From Leidyana gryllorum EB-2025a (lineage: Eukaryota; Protista; Apicomplexa), in assembly GCA_048772705.1 (NCBI GenBank), contig JBLWGC010000174.1, forward strand, positions 1-64,000: DNA of 64,000 nt. The letters are read 5' to 3'. Shown here piece by piece: positions 30,297 through 41,695 of this stretch. The notes under the pieces were generated by a model that saw only the letters and a program-made list of their open reading frames with translations, was not told the origin of the DNA and searched no databases. Within the stretch, counting starts at the first letter, position 1, and each line of letters opens with the position of its first letter. Made by a program: the position numbers and the translations under genes.

Positions 30297-30607
30297 GATC
30301 ACCGCCGTTCCACCGCGTAACTCACATTCGATTCTATCTCAGGGGGTTGTTACATCAAGTGTCAGAATGCCCCGGCCTCGTGCCGACCAAGCTTGTCAGC
30401 GTCTCTGCTAATTTGCCACGGCGGTTTGAGGCGTGCCTCCTGCGTCTGTCGGGAATCGAACCTGAGTCGTCTCGGTGGCAACGACACATTCTACCACAAG
30501 ACCACAGATGCACAACTCGTTGTTGTTTAAGCTCGTGCACAATACCGGCCGTTTTGCTTCAGAAGAGAAGACAGAATCGAGTTGAGCGAGTATGACGGGT
30601 AGTTTGT

Positions 30608-30679
30608 GGGTACGTAGCTCAGTGGTAGAGCAGCTGACTGCAGATCAGCAAGTCCGTGGTTTAACTCCGCGCGTGCCCT
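30608..30679 (+). tRNA. trnC-GCA: tRNA-Cys(GCA)
   Basis: Cys body, T-loop variant. Confidence 0.75.
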
Positions 30680-30888
30680 GAAGATGGTTTGGAACGATCG
30701 GAGATGTTGGACCACAAGGCAATGAGTCTGGAGCGGGGGATGTTTTTGGGCCTATGGCGGAACGTAGCGCGTCTGACTCCTGCTTAGAAAATTGGGTGCT
30801 GTCCGCCAGTGTCTAAATGGCTCTGATGTTTGATTCCAGCTCTCGGGGATCCAGCATCCGGGTCGGTGCCATCTGTCGTTGCAGAAGT

Positions 30889-30962
30889 GGTCGCGTAGCT
30901 CAGTCGGTTAGAGCGTGAGCCTAATAAGCTCAAGGTCCTCGGTTCGAGCCCGGGCGTGACCA
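30889..30962 (+). tRNA. trnI-AAT: tRNA-Ile(AAT)
   Basis: Ile(AAT) body. Confidence 0.88.
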
Positions 30963-31172
30963 AGTGAGGGGATCTCTGCTAAAGAGTCGCCCCGCACGCG
31001 AGGAAACCACAACATTCTGCGACTAATACGAAAGGAACTTGTTACCAAGTCCGAGCTTCCCTGCCGCGCCAGCTCCGTCGCTAGAGCGCAAGACTCAATG
31101 GTGGAGAGTCCTAGTCAAACTTGCTGAACCGTATGTGGAGCCACTGGCCGCAAAATGCCGAGTTGAACAGGT

Positions 31173-31254
31173 GGCAACTTGCCCGAGTGGTTAAGGGGGT
31201 AGACTAGAAATCTACTGGGCCTGGCCCGCGCTGGTTCAAATCCAGCAGTTGTCG
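31173..31254 (+). tRNA. trnS-AGA: tRNA-Ser(AGA)
   Basis: intact Ser(AGA). Confidence 0.92.
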
Positions 31255-31318
31255 TGCGATGTGGTGGAAATGATGCAATTCCCAGCATCAAAAACTCATA
31301 TGGGTCGAGACAGGGAAT

Positions 31319-31389
31319 GCCTCCTTAGCTTAGGGGCAGAGCATTCGCTTTGTAAGCGAAAGGTCGCTGTTCGATTCCGGCAGGAGGCT
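31319..31389 (+). tRNA. trnT-TGT: tRNA-Thr(TGT), 1-nt deletion
   Basis: Thr(TGT) body. Confidence 0.68.
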
Positions 31390-32087
31390 TCAGTTATTAG
31401 CCTAAACATGGTTGCGATCCTCTGCCCGCATTTCGGACGGCGGCTTGCACACAGCACTCGGCCATCTTGCCGGAGTGTTCTTGGCTCGCCGTTCCACCCA
31501 TTTCCTCTCGGTGAAATCTCAAAATGCGAGGACTTCTGGGGTTGGAGGCCGGCGAGTTTACTAGCGCCCGAGATAGTATAGTGGTCAGTATTTCCGCCTG
31601 TCACGCGGGATACCCTGGTTCGATTCCCGGTCTCGGGGCACAGATGGCTTCGCTGAAGATTCTCTCTTTTAGTTCTCGCTGAACGTCGCGAGCTACAGCC
31701 ACCGAGGACCGAACTCGGGACCTTTTGGGTGTTGAGCAGACGTCGTAACCACTATACCGTTGACTGCATGAATGGGCCCCGCAGCCCAAGAGGAGTGGCG
31801 AAGTTTTACGGAGCAGTGAAGACCAGTTCCAAGGTCGCGCCGGAAATCGAACCCAGGTCGGGAGATTCAGAGTCTCCAGTGCTAACCACTCACCACGCAA
31901 CCGCTTCAGCCCATCCCAGAAGAGTCGGTAGAACTATCCGGACTAGCCCTTTCTCAAATGAACACACGCAACACGAGTCTCTCTACTGACCGCTGAAATA
32001 ATTAATTGGCTCCTGTATATAGCGCCCAGCGTAGAGCGTTCTATTTGAGTCGGACAATCATTGAAGCACGCTCTCCGCGAATGCTAC

Positions 32088-32169
32088 CGACAAGGGTGAG
32101 ATTCGAACTCACGCGGGTGGAACCCAACGGCTTAGCAGGCCGCCGCCTTAACCGCTCGGCCACCTTGCC
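32088..32169 (-). tRNA. trnS-GCT: tRNA-Ser(GCT)
   Basis: intact Ser(GCT). Confidence 0.9.
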
Positions 32170-32390
32170 GAGAGTGTAACTGATTACATCCTCCCTCGGG
32201 AAGGAATCGAACCGGCGACCTTTCGCTTACTAAGCGAATGCTCTGCCCCAAGCTAAGAAGGCAATGTTAACTGGACATCACGAATGAGTCCCTATTGACG
32301 GAAGTTACTGAAGCACATTGTTCCACCACTCAATACTTCCACTGCTCCACATACCGGCAAATAGGGTGTAACTAAGTTTAGAGCTTCCTT

Positions 32391-32463
32391 GCCGCCCTAG
32401 CTCAGTCGGTAGAGCGCAAGACTTTTAATCTTGCAGTCGCGGGTTCGAGCCCCGCGGGCGGTG
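32391..32463 (+). tRNA. trnK-TTT: tRNA-Lys(TTT)
   Basis: intact Lys. Confidence 0.92.
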
Positions 32464-32523
32464 CAAATCAATGTCTCTGGGAGTAGGAATGGAACCGTTG
32501 CCTACAAGCACACTCTGCTGGAT

Positions 32524-32596
32524 TTCCACTGCCGGGACTTGAACCCGGATCGTGCGGGTGAAAGCCCCATATCCTAGCCACTTAGACTACAGTGGA
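32524..32596 (-). tRNA. trnE-TTC: tRNA-Glu(TTC)
   Basis: Glu body, TTC, one stem mismatch. Confidence 0.8.
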
Positions 32597-32918
32597 CAAG
32601 TTCCCCAGTTGAGGTCAACAAGACGTGGTCCGTCGGGTCAACCTACAACAAACGGGTTGCAGTAGAAAGTGGAGGGTCCCTCTACTAAGCTCTGCAACAT
32701 TGTAAGGCGTCTTGTGAGCTCAGTCGGCAGAGCGTGTGGCTTTTGATGACAAGCTCGCAGGTCCGGAACCTAGCAAAACCGGCTTCAGACCCTAGACATT
32801 GACTGCGGTGCTCTCCCAATGGCACTTGTGGTTCGCGACCCTTCAAAGATGACAACGATCCCTCATCAGATACCTGTTTCCAGAGACACACGCCCCTTTC
32901 ACAGTCCGAAAGCTCCGC

Positions 32919-32991
32919 GCAGCCATGGTCTAGTGGTTACGACGTCTGCTTCACACGCAGAAGGTCCCGAGTTCGATCCTCGGTGGCTGTA
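32919..32991 (+). tRNA. trnV-CAC: tRNA-Val(CAC)
   Basis: intact Val(CAC). Confidence 0.92.
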
Positions 32992-33193
32992 GCTCGCAAC
33001 TTTATCTGAGCACCACGAAATCTGAAGCGGAAAAACGAACTGTGCTCCGAGACCGGGAATCGACCCTGATCTTCCGCGTGATAGCTATACTATCTCGGAC
33101 GCTCTGGATACGCCGGCCTCCAACCCCAGAAGTTCTTCCATTTTGAGATTCCACGGATAGAAAACGCGTGGGGCGGCGAGCCAACAACATTTC

Positions 33194-33273
33194 GGCAAGA
33201 TGGCCGAGTGGTCCAAGGCGCTGTGTTCAGGCCGCAGTCCGAAAGGGCGTGGGTTCGAATCCCACTCTTGTCA
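33194..33273 (+). tRNA. trnL-CAG: tRNA-Leu(CAG)
   Basis: intact Leu(CAG). Confidence 0.92.
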
Positions 33274-33405
33274 GGCGTTGTAGTCAGGACAACCTGCGAC
33301 TTCATCCCAGCATGCCCCCACGATGCGCGCGGGACAGCCGGCCGTGCACGTGGCACCCGGCTAACTTTTGTCGATACAACTGCCACATGATTCTCCAGCT
33401 AAGTT

Positions 33406-33477
33406 GCCTTCTTAGCTTAGGGGCAGAGCGTTCGCTTCGTAAGCGAGAAGTCGCCGGTTCGATTCCGGCAGAAGGCT
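33406..33477 (+). tRNA. trnT-CGT: tRNA-Thr(CGT)
   Basis: intact Thr(CGT). Confidence 0.92.
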
Positions 33478-33655
33478 TTGATGCATCGATATGCTTATGA
33501 GGAATGGCTGTCACCACGTACAAGATTCACCAAATCGTGTTCTGCATTTGTGGTCTAGTGGAAGAGTCGCTCGCTGCCATCGAGATAACCTGTGTGCGAT
33601 TCCCGACTGCAAAATGGTAGCATGATGAGTTTGTCGGCGGTTTCGATTCCGACCG

Positions 33656-33728
33656 TGGGAGTGGAGAGGATCGAACTCTCGACTTCAGGATTATGAGACC
33701 TACGCGCTACCGACTGCGCTACACTCCC
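33656..33728 (-). tRNA. trnM-CAT: elongator tRNA-Met(CAT)
   Basis: intact eMet. Confidence 0.92.
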
Positions 33729-33964
33729 CCTCCGACTTTCTCCGAGGAATCACCCGAACCCAGAACCATGCTGCCAGGCAGGTTGGGTCAAGATACAACA
33801 AAGCGGGCTGTTTTGGGAATGGAACCCAGGACTTCTTCCACCCGACGGAAGAATCATACCACTAGACCAAACAGCCGCCTGTCATTCGTGTAACCCGCTG
33901 AAGACAGTTTAAAAAGTGGTCATCCTATGTTGAGAACCAACAAATGCGATGGGGTCCGCATAAC

Positions 33965-34037
33965 GGGCGACTAGCTCAAATGGTAGAGCGCTCGCTTAGC
34001 ATGCGAGAGGTACTGGGATCGATGCCCAGGTCGTCCA
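33965..34037 (+). tRNA. trnA-AGC: tRNA-Ala(AGC)
   Basis: intact Ala(AGC). Confidence 0.92.
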
Positions 34038-34340
34038 AAGTACGTACGGCTGCACGTGGCCGGATTCAAACCCATCGTTGTCATCTTTGAAGGGTCGCGA
34101 ACCACAAGTGCCATTGGGAGAGCACCGCAGTCAATGTCTATTGTGCCTCTGAAGCCGGTTTTGCTAGGTTCCGGACCTGCGAGCTTGTCATCAAAAGCCA
34201 CACGCTCTGCCGACTGAGCTCACAAGACGTCTTACAATGTTGCAGAGCTTAGTAGAGGGACCCTCCACTTTCTACTGCAACCCCTTTGTTGTAGGTTGAC
34301 CCGACGGACCACGTCTTGTTGACCTCAACTGGGGAACTTG

Positions 34341-34413
34341 TCCACTGTAGTCTAAGTGGCTAGGATATGCGGCTCTCACCCGCATGATCCGGGTTCAAGT
34401 CCCGGCAGTGGAA
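34341..34413 (+). tRNA. trnE-CTC: tRNA-Glu(CTC)
   Basis: intact Glu. Confidence 0.9.
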
Positions 34414-34572
34414 GCTGCTCGAGCGAAGTGCTCCAGTAATCCCCGTCAACAGTGACTGATTCGTGATCTTCGGCCTGCATTGCCTTCTTAGCTTAGGGGA
34501 GCATTCGCTCAGTAAGCGAAAGGTCGCCGATTCGTTTCCTTCCCGAGGGAAGGTGTAACCAGTTACACTCTC

Positions 34573-34654
34573 GGCAAGGTGGCCGAGCGGTTAAAACGGC
34601 GGCCTGCTAAGCCGTTGGGTTTCAACCGCGTGAGTTCAAATCTCACCCTTGTCG
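34573..34654 (+). tRNA. trnS-GCT: tRNA-Ser(GCT), variant
   Basis: Ser(GCT) body. Confidence 0.7.
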
Positions 34655-34767
34655 GTAGCATTCGGGGAGAGCGCAACTGCTTCAATGATTGAAATGAGGT
34701 TTCTGCCCGACTCGAACTCGCTCCACGCTGAACGCTATACCAAGTCAATTGTACTGTCTGATGCACC

Positions 34768-34839
34768 GGCTGTTTGGTCTAGTGGTATGATTCTTCCTTC
34801 GGGTGGAAGAAGTCCTGGGTTCGATATCCAGAACAGCCC
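34768..34839 (+). tRNA. trnP-CGG: tRNA-Pro(CGG)
   Basis: CTTCC TT CGG GT GGAAG. Confidence 0.85.
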
Positions 34840-35050
34840 CGTTGCTTGTCGGTTGACCCTACGCTCCATCTCATTTCAAGATGGTACGGCTTTCGTCCAA
34901 AGCTGCAGCTGAGGAAGTTGTCCACTGTAGTCTAAGTGGCTAGGATATGCGACGCTCACCCGCACGATCCGGGTTCAAGTCGCGGCAGTGGAAATCCAGC
35001 AGAGTGTGCTTGTAGGCAACGGTTCCACTACTCCCAGAGACATTGATTTG

Positions 35051-35123
35051 CACCGCCCGCGGGGCTCGAACCCGCGACTGCAAGATTAAAAGTCTTGCGC
35101 TCTACCGACTGAGCTAGGGCGGC
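35051..35123 (-). tRNA. trnK-TTT: tRNA-Lys(TTT)
   Basis: intact Lys. Confidence 0.92.
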
Positions 35124-35251
35124 AAGGAAGCTCTAAACTTAGTTACACCCTATTTGCCCTTGGGTGGAGCAGTGGAAGGATTGACTGGTGGAACAATGTG
35201 CTCCAGTAACTTCCGTCAATAGTGACTGATGCGTGATTACCAGCTGATATT

Positions 35252-35323
35252 GCCTTCTTAGCTTAGGGGCAGAGCATTCGCTTAGTAAGCGAAAGGTCGC
35301 CGGTTCGATTCCGGCAGAAGGCT
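35252..35323 (+). tRNA. trnT-AGT: tRNA-Thr(AGT)
   Basis: intact Thr(AGT). Confidence 0.92.
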
Positions 35324-35681
35324 TTGCTCACGAGAAAATCTATTCTATAACTGTTTCGCTTCTGCGCACACTTAGCAGTGCGTCGTCTCGATCGACGGAC
35401 CTTTCGGTTATGAGCCCAACACTCTTCCACTGAGCTACAATGCTCAGTCTGCAACATGGAAGAGGTAGCCGAAATGCGATTCTTGAGATGCTAGTTACCC
35501 TCCCTACCCAAGTGGGCTAACGAGGTGGTTGTGTTGTTTCTGAGGGCAACTTGTCCCGTCGGGTCAACCGACGACCAAGAGGGCTGTTCTGGGAATCGAA
35601 CCAGGACTACTTCCACCCTGAGGAAGGATCATACCACTAGACCAAACAGCCGACTGGTCGGTGGTTCAAACCGCTGGGTAC

Positions 35682-35781
35682 AGTCGAGAGACTCGTATCA
35701 CTATGTGAAGTATCACTCAATGCCATGAGGTAGTCGAGAGACTCGTATCACTATGTGAAGTACCACTCAATGCCATGAGGT
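35682..35781. repeat. 50-bp tandem duplication in spacer
   Basis: AGTCGAGAGACTCGTATCACTATGTGAAG..GCCATGAGGT x2. Confidence 0.9.
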
Positions 35782-35957
35782 AGTCATAGAGGGAGGCTGG
35801 CCCAGATGATGAAACGGTGGCTTAGTATACGAAAGGTTCTGGGATCGATTGCCAGCCCATCCGAACTACATAGATGGAACTCTCGCGGGAGTAGTCTAGT
35901 TGGCCTATCAACGCTGTCCATCAGGTTGAGTAGTAGTTTGCCGATGACCCCTCTACT

Positions 35958-36037
35958 TCCGGTGGGACGGAATCGAACCGCCTACTATCTGATGCCAGCA
36001 CAACAGTCAGATGCTCTACCAACTGAGCTACCCCCGG
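35958..36037 (-). pseudogene. tRNA-Tyr body with GTT anticodon, intron retained
   Basis: TCTGA CT GTT G TGCTGGC A TCAGA. Confidence 0.65.
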
Positions 36038-36773
36038 CCGTCCAACTGCCCCGGGGTTCGAAAGGCTCAACCCCAGATCCTCGCCCTTTGGACTGCGGCC
36101 TTAACACAGCGCCTTAGACCACTCGGCCATCTTGCCGGAGTGCTCTTGGCTCGCCGCTTTACACGTTTTCTGATCGTGAGTCAAAATAGAAAGACTTCTG
36201 GGATTGGAGGCCGGCGTGTATGTCCGCCTGTCAGGCGGAAGACCAGGGTTCGTTTCCCGGTCTCGGGGCACAGTTGATTTCGCTTAGGATTGTTTCCTTT
36301 GATTCTCGAGATAGTATAGCGGTTAGTATTTCCGCCTGTCACGCGGAAGATCCGGGTTCGATTCCCGGCTTCGGAGATAGATCGTCTTCCGCTGTAGATT
36401 TCGTGATGCTCACCTGAACGATGCGTGTTACAGCCACCGAGGATGGAACTCGGGACCTTTTGGGTGCTAAACAGACGTCGTGACCACTAGATGGCTGCAC
36501 GGAGCTTCCCGACTGCGAAAGGGGCGTGTGTCTCTGGAACCACGTATCCGATGAGCCTGGTTTTTATGTATCGGCCTAAGTTGGACGGCCTGGACTAGTC
36601 AAGACCCTTCGCTTTGTATTCAGGAATGGAGATGTCACGCATCTGTGGTTTAGTGGTAGACTGTGTGGTTGCCACCGAGACGACCCAGGTTCGATTCCCG
36701 GCAGATGCAGAGAAGATGGCACATGGTTGAGTTTCATGCGTGAGTTGGTGTTTGACCCTCCGGTCACATCGCA

Positions 36774-36855
36774 CGACAACTGCTGGATTTGAACCAGCGC
36801 GGGCCAGGCCCAGTAGATTTCTAGTCTACCCCCTTAACCACTCGGTCAAGTTGCC
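36774..36855 (-). tRNA. trnS-AGA: tRNA-Ser(AGA)
   Basis: Ser body, AGA. Confidence 0.82.
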
Positions 36856-37145
36856 GCTGTCGAACTTGGCATTTTGCGGCCACTGGCTTCACATACGGTT
36901 CCGCGGCTTTACTGGGACTGCTCGCGCCGCCCAAACCCGCGGATCTCCCTTCAAAAGTCTTGCGGTCTACTGACGGAGTTGGGGCGGCAAGGAAGCTCGC
37001 CCCGTACCCGAGGAAGGCCCAAGATTCCACGATCAATACAAATGGAATTGGTTACTAAGTCCGAATCTGTATCAGAGATCACGCCGACATACCATGTTTT
37101 CCAAGACGGTACGGCTCTCGGCCGAAGCCCCAACTCAACCACTCG

Positions 37146-37218
37146 TCCACTGTAGTCTAAGTGGCTAGGATATGCGGCTCTCACCCGCATGAACCGGGTT
37201 CAAGTCCCGGCAGTGGAA
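37146..37218 (+). tRNA. trnE-CTC: tRNA-Glu(CTC)
   Basis: Glu body. Confidence 0.85.
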
Positions 37219-37515
37219 GTCATTGAACTACTCTAGCAAAGTGCTCCACTAATCTCCGTCAATAGCGATTGTTTCGTCATCTCCGGCTTCCATTGCCTTC
37301 TTAGTTTAGGGGCAGAGCGTTCGCTTCGTAAGCGAGAAGTCGCCGGTTCGATTCCGGCTGAAGGCTCGACTGCATCGACTGGGCACCGGCAAGCTGCTCG
37401 CAAACTCCAATAATCGTAGCTCAGCCATCAAAGGTAAGTCTCTCACAGGAAACGGGTAACACTTCGTCCGAAAATGCGGGCGGATGATCGCAACCATATT
37501 TAGGCTAATGACTGA

Positions 37516-37587
37516 AGCCTCCTGCCGGAATCGAACCAGCGACCTTTCGCTTACAAAGCGAATGCTCTGCCCCTAAGCTAAGGAGGC
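37516..37587 (-). tRNA. trnT-TGT: tRNA-Thr(TGT)
   Basis: intact Thr(TGT). Confidence 0.9.
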
Positions 37588-37651
37588 ATTCCCTGTCTCG
37601 ACCCATATGAGTTTTTGATGCTGGGAATTGCATCATTTCCACCACATCGCA

Positions 37652-37733
37652 CGACAACTGCTGGATTTGAACCAAAGCGGGCCAGGCCCAGTAGATTTCT
37701 AGTCTACCCCCTCAACCACTCGGGCAAGTTGCC
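37652..37733 (-). tRNA. trnS-AGA: tRNA-Ser(AGA), variant
   Basis: Ser body. Confidence 0.72.
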
Positions 37734-37786
37734 GCTATCGAGCTTGGCATTTTGCAGCCAGTGGCTTCACATACGGTTCAGCACTG

Positions 37787-37939
37787 CTCGCGCCGGCACG
37801 GACCCGCGGTTCTCCCATCAAACGTCTTGCCGCCACCGACGGAGTTGGGGCGGCAAGGAACCTCGCGCCGGCACGAACCCGTGGTTCTCCCATCAAACGT
37901 CTTGCGCGCCACCGACGGAGTTGGGGCGGCAAGGAAGCT
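37787..37939. repeat. ~75-bp tandem duplication of a Lys pseudogene
   Basis: CTCGCGCCGGCACG..GGGGCGGCAAGGAA x2. Confidence 0.85.
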
Positions 37940-38259
37940 CACTCTGTACCTGGGGAAGGCCCAAGATCCCACGATCAATACAAATGGAATTGGATACTAA
38001 GTCCAAATCTGTATCAGAGATCCACTCACTTGATCACGCCGACATTCCATATTTTCCAAGACGGTACGGCTCTCGGTCGAAGCCCCAACTCAACCACTCG
38101 TCCACTGTAGTCTAAGTGGCTAGGATATGCGGCCTCACCCGCAAGCTCCGGGCTCAAGTCCGGCAGTGGAAGTCAGTGGTTGAGGTCAGTGGAATACTCG
38201 AGCAAAGTGCCCAGCAATCTCCGTCAATAGTGTCTGATTCGTGATCTTCGGCCTGCATT

Positions 38260-38331
38260 GCCTTCTTAGCTTAGAGGCAGAGCATTCGCTTAGTAAGCGA
38301 AAGGTCGCCGGTTCGATTCCGGCAGGAGGCT
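38260..38331 (+). tRNA. trnT-AGT: tRNA-Thr(AGT)
   Basis: Thr body. Confidence 0.85.
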
Positions 38332-38635
38332 TCAGTCAGGAGCCCAAACATGGTTGCGATCTCCGCCCGCATTTTCGGACGGCGGCTTGCAGACAGCACT
38401 CGACCATCTCGCCGAAGTGTTGTTGGCTCGCCGTTCCACCCGTTTCCCCTCCGTGTAATCTCAAAATGCGAGGACTTCTGGGGTTGGAGGCCGGCGTGTT
38501 TACTAGCGTCCGAGATAGTATAGTGGTCAGTATTTCCGCCTGTCACGCTGAAAACCCGGGTTCGATTCCCGGTCTCTGAGCACAGTTGGTTTCGCTTAAG
38601 ATTGTCTTTTTTGGTGCGTGCTGAAAGTTGCCAGC

Positions 38636-38708
38636 TACAGCCACCGAGGATCGAACTCGGGACCTTCTGCGTGTAAAGCAGACGTCGTAACCACTAGACC
38701 ATGGCTGC
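38636..38708 (-). tRNA. trnV-TAC: tRNA-Val(TAC)
   Basis: TCTGC TT TAC AC GCAGA, intact body. Confidence 0.88.
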
Positions 38709-39034
38709 ATGGATGCTCCCCGCAGCCCAAGAGAAGTGGCGAAGCTTCAGGGAGTAGTGAGGACCAGTTCAAGGGTCGGGCCGGGATCGACCCCAGGTCG
38801 GGAAATCCAAAGTGTCCAGTGCTAACCACCAAGGACGCAATCGGTTCAGCCCATCCCAGAACAGTCGGACTAGCGCTCCCTCAACTGGAACACATGCAAC
38901 ACGGGTCTCTCTACTAACCTCTGAAGTATTGTAACTGGCTTTTGTATACAGCCCCCAGCGTAAAGCGTTGGATTTGAGTCGGCCAAAATCCTCAGTTCAA
39001 TCATTGAAGCAGATGCGCTCTCCCCGAATGCTAC

Positions 39035-39116
39035 CGACAAGGGTGAGATTCGAACTCACGCGGGTAGAACCCAACGGCTTAGCAGGCCGCCGCCTTAACC
39101 ACTCGGCCACCTTGCC
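39035..39116 (-). tRNA. trnS-GCT: tRNA-Ser(GCT)
   Basis: intact Ser(GCT). Confidence 0.9.
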
Positions 39117-39224
39117 GACGACATGTCTTACTCGCTGGCACTTTTTCACAACGGTTTGGGGGAGGTTATGAGATCGAAGACTTCTTTCACCCCACGAGTA
39201 TCGAGATGACCGAAACCTCTCCAT

Positions 39225-39297
39225 GGTGCGGTGGCCTACTGGATAAGGCATCGGTCTTCGGAGCCGGGAGTTGTGGGTCAGAGGCCCATCCGCATCA
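39225..39297 (+). pseudogene. tRNA-Arg(TCG), damaged T-loop
   Basis: TCGGT CT TCG GA GCCGG; GGTCAGAGG T-loop. Confidence 0.65.
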
Positions 39298-39475
39298 TAG
39301 CCTCTCACTCGGAAGACGTTCCGTTTCAACCGGGGCAAGCTTGCTAGCTGTATGAGAGCCGCTGCCCCTCATGTCGAGTTGAAGTGCGGTGCCCAAGTCT
39401 ATTCAAGGGCTACAGGGCACCCTTAAAGCTCTCAACTCTGTAGTCAAATACCGCCAGTTGCAGCACTACAAAGTT

Positions 39476-39548
39476 TGGACGACCTGGGTATCGATCCCAG
39501 TACCTCTCGCATGCAAAGCGAGCGCTCTACCATCTGAGCTAGCCGCCC
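39476..39548 (-). tRNA. trnA-TGC: tRNA-Ala(TGC)
   Basis: intact Ala(TGC). Confidence 0.92.
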
Positions 39549-39779
39549 ATCCGCTCTACATGGAAGACCTATTGCATCCAGTGGCTGACCGAGCCGATAC
39601 AACGGCTGACAAAAGTGGGATTCGAACCCACGACCTTTCGGAGTCCGGTCTGAGCACAGCGCCTCAGACCACTCGGTCATCTTGCCGGGATGTTGTTGGC
39701 TCGCCGCTTTACGCGTTTTCTATCCCTGGAATCTCAAGATGAAGGACTTTTGGGGTTTCAGGCCGGTGTGTTCGGAGCG

Positions 39780-39851
39780 TCCGAGATAGTATAGTGGTTA
39801 GTATTTCCGCCTGTCACGCGGAAGACCCGGGTTCGATTCCCGGTCTCGGAG
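39780..39851 (+). tRNA. trnD-GTC: tRNA-Asp(GTC)
   Basis: intact Asp. Confidence 0.92.
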
Positions 39852-39978
39852 CACAGTTGATCTCGCTTAAGAATCATACCACTAGACCAAACAGCCGCCT
39901 GTCGGTCGTGCAACGCGGTGTCGGGAGAGTGGTCATACGATGTTGAGAATCAACAAAATGCGACGGGGTCTGCACAAA

Positions 39979-40051
39979 GGGCGACTAGCTCAAATGGTAG
40001 AGCGCTCGCTTAGCATGCGAGAGGTACTGGGATCGATGCCCAGGTCGTCCA
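39979..40051 (+). tRNA. trnA-AGC: tRNA-Ala(AGC)
   Basis: intact Ala(AGC). Confidence 0.92.
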
Positions 40052-40356
40052 AAGTACGTACAGCTGCACGTGGCGGGATCCAAACAAACTTCCATCTTTG
40101 AAGGGTCGCAGACCACAAGTGCCATTGGGGGAGCAGCGCAGTCAATGTTTAGGGTGCCTCTAAAACCGGTCCTGGCAGGTTTCGAACCGGCGGGTTTGTG
40201 GTTAACAGCCACACGCTCTGCCGACCGAGCTACAAGACCCAGCGACAATGTTTCAGAGGTTAATATAGGAACCCTCCTCTTGCTGGCGCAGGATTCTGCA
40301 ACCCCTTTTGGTCAGGAATGTTGGTTTAACATCTTCCAGTGTTTCATCTCAACTTC

Positions 40357-40428
40357 AGGGCACGCGCGAAGTTGAATCACGGACTTGCTGATCTGCAGTC
40401 CAATGCTCTACCACTGAGTTACGTACCC
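40357..40428 (-). tRNA. trnC-GCA: tRNA-Cys(GCA), variant
   Basis: Cys body with substitutions. Confidence 0.62.
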
Positions 40429-40524
40429 ACGAGGCGCCTCTCATACTCGCTCAACTTGACCCTGTCTTCTCATTCAAAGCAAAACGGCCGTTATTGTGTA
40501 CGAGCTCCAACAACAAGGTGTTAC

Positions 40525-40595
40525 GCATCTGTGGTCTAGTGGTAGAATGTCTCGTTGCCATCGAGACGACCCGGGTTCGATTCCCGGCAGATGCA
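40525..40595 (+). tRNA. trnG-GCC: tRNA-Gly(GCC)
   Basis: intact Gly(GCC). Confidence 0.93.
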
Positions 40596-40660
40596 GAGGA
40601 GATAGCACATGGTTGAGTTTTATGCGTGAGTTGGTGTTTGACCCCTCCGATCACATCGCA

Positions 40661-40742
40661 CGACAACTGCTGGATTTGAACCAGCCCGGGTCAGGCCCAG
40701 TAGATTTCTAGTCTACCCCCTTAAACACTCGGGCAAGTTGCC
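40661..40742 (-). tRNA. trnS-AGA: tRNA-Ser(AGA), variant
   Basis: Ser body. Confidence 0.68.
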
Positions 40743-40976
40743 ACCTGTCGAACTCGGCATTTAGCGGCAGTGGCTTCACATACGCTTCAGCAAGCTTGAC
40801 TTGGACTGGTCGCGCTGCCCGAACCCGCGGTCTCTCCATTGAAAGTCTTGCACTTTACCGACGGAGCTGGCGCGGCAAGGGAGTGCGGACTTGGTAACAA
40901 GTTCCTTCCGTATTGGTCGCAGAATGCTGGGGCTTGCTCGAGCCCAGGGCGACTCTTTATCAGAGATCCACTCACT

Positions 40977-41050
40977 TGGTCACGCCCGGGCTCGAACCGG
41001 GGACCTTGAGCTTATTAGGCTCACGCTCTAACCGACTGAGCTACGCGACC
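40977..41050 (-). tRNA. trnI-AAT: tRNA-Ile(AAT)
   Basis: intact Ile(AAT). Confidence 0.93.
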
Positions 41051-41239
41051 ACTTCTGCGACGACAGATGGCACCGACCCGGATGCTGGATCCCCCCGAGC
41101 TGGAATCAAACATCAGAGCCCTTTAGACACTGGCGGACAGCACCCAATTTTCTAAGCTGGAGTCAGACGCGCTACGTTCCGCCATAGGCCCAAAATCAAA
41201 ATCCCCGAGGTCCAACACCGATCGTTCCACACCATCTTC

Positions 41240-41311
41240 AGGGCACGCGCGGAGTTGAACCACGGACTTGCTGATCTGCAGTCAGCTGCTCTACCACTGA
41301 GCTACGTACCC
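41240..41311 (-). tRNA. trnC-GCA: tRNA-Cys(GCA)
   Basis: intact Cys. Confidence 0.9.
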
Positions 41312-41621
41312 ACAAAATACCCGTCATACTCGCTCAACTCGATTTTGTTTCTCATTTGAAGCAAAACGGCCGTTATTGTGCACGAGCTTGAACAACAACG
41401 AGTGATGCATCTGCGGTCTAGTGGTAGAATGTCTCATTGCCATCGAGACGACCCGCGTTCGATTCCCGACAGACGCAGGAGGCACGCCTCAAACCGCCGT
41501 GGCACATTAGCAGAGACGCTGACAAGCTTGGTCGGCACGAGGCCGGGGCATTCTGACACTTGATGTAACAACCCTCTGAGATAGAATCGAATGTGAGTTA
41601 CGCGGTGGAACGGCGGTGATC

Positions 41622-41695
41622 GCTCCCCTAGCTCAGCTGGTTAGAGCATCGGCCTTATGTGCCGAAGGTCGAGGGTTCGATCCCCCCGGGGAGCA
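41622..41695 (+). tRNA. trnI-TAT: tRNA-Ile(TAT)
   Basis: Ile(TAT) body. Confidence 0.88.

Larger units (their letters stand above)
24752..32206. repeat. Segmental duplication copy A (direct copy at ~49986-55877)
   Basis: near-identical sequence at offsets 25234, 24756 and 23670/1. Confidence 0.93.
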
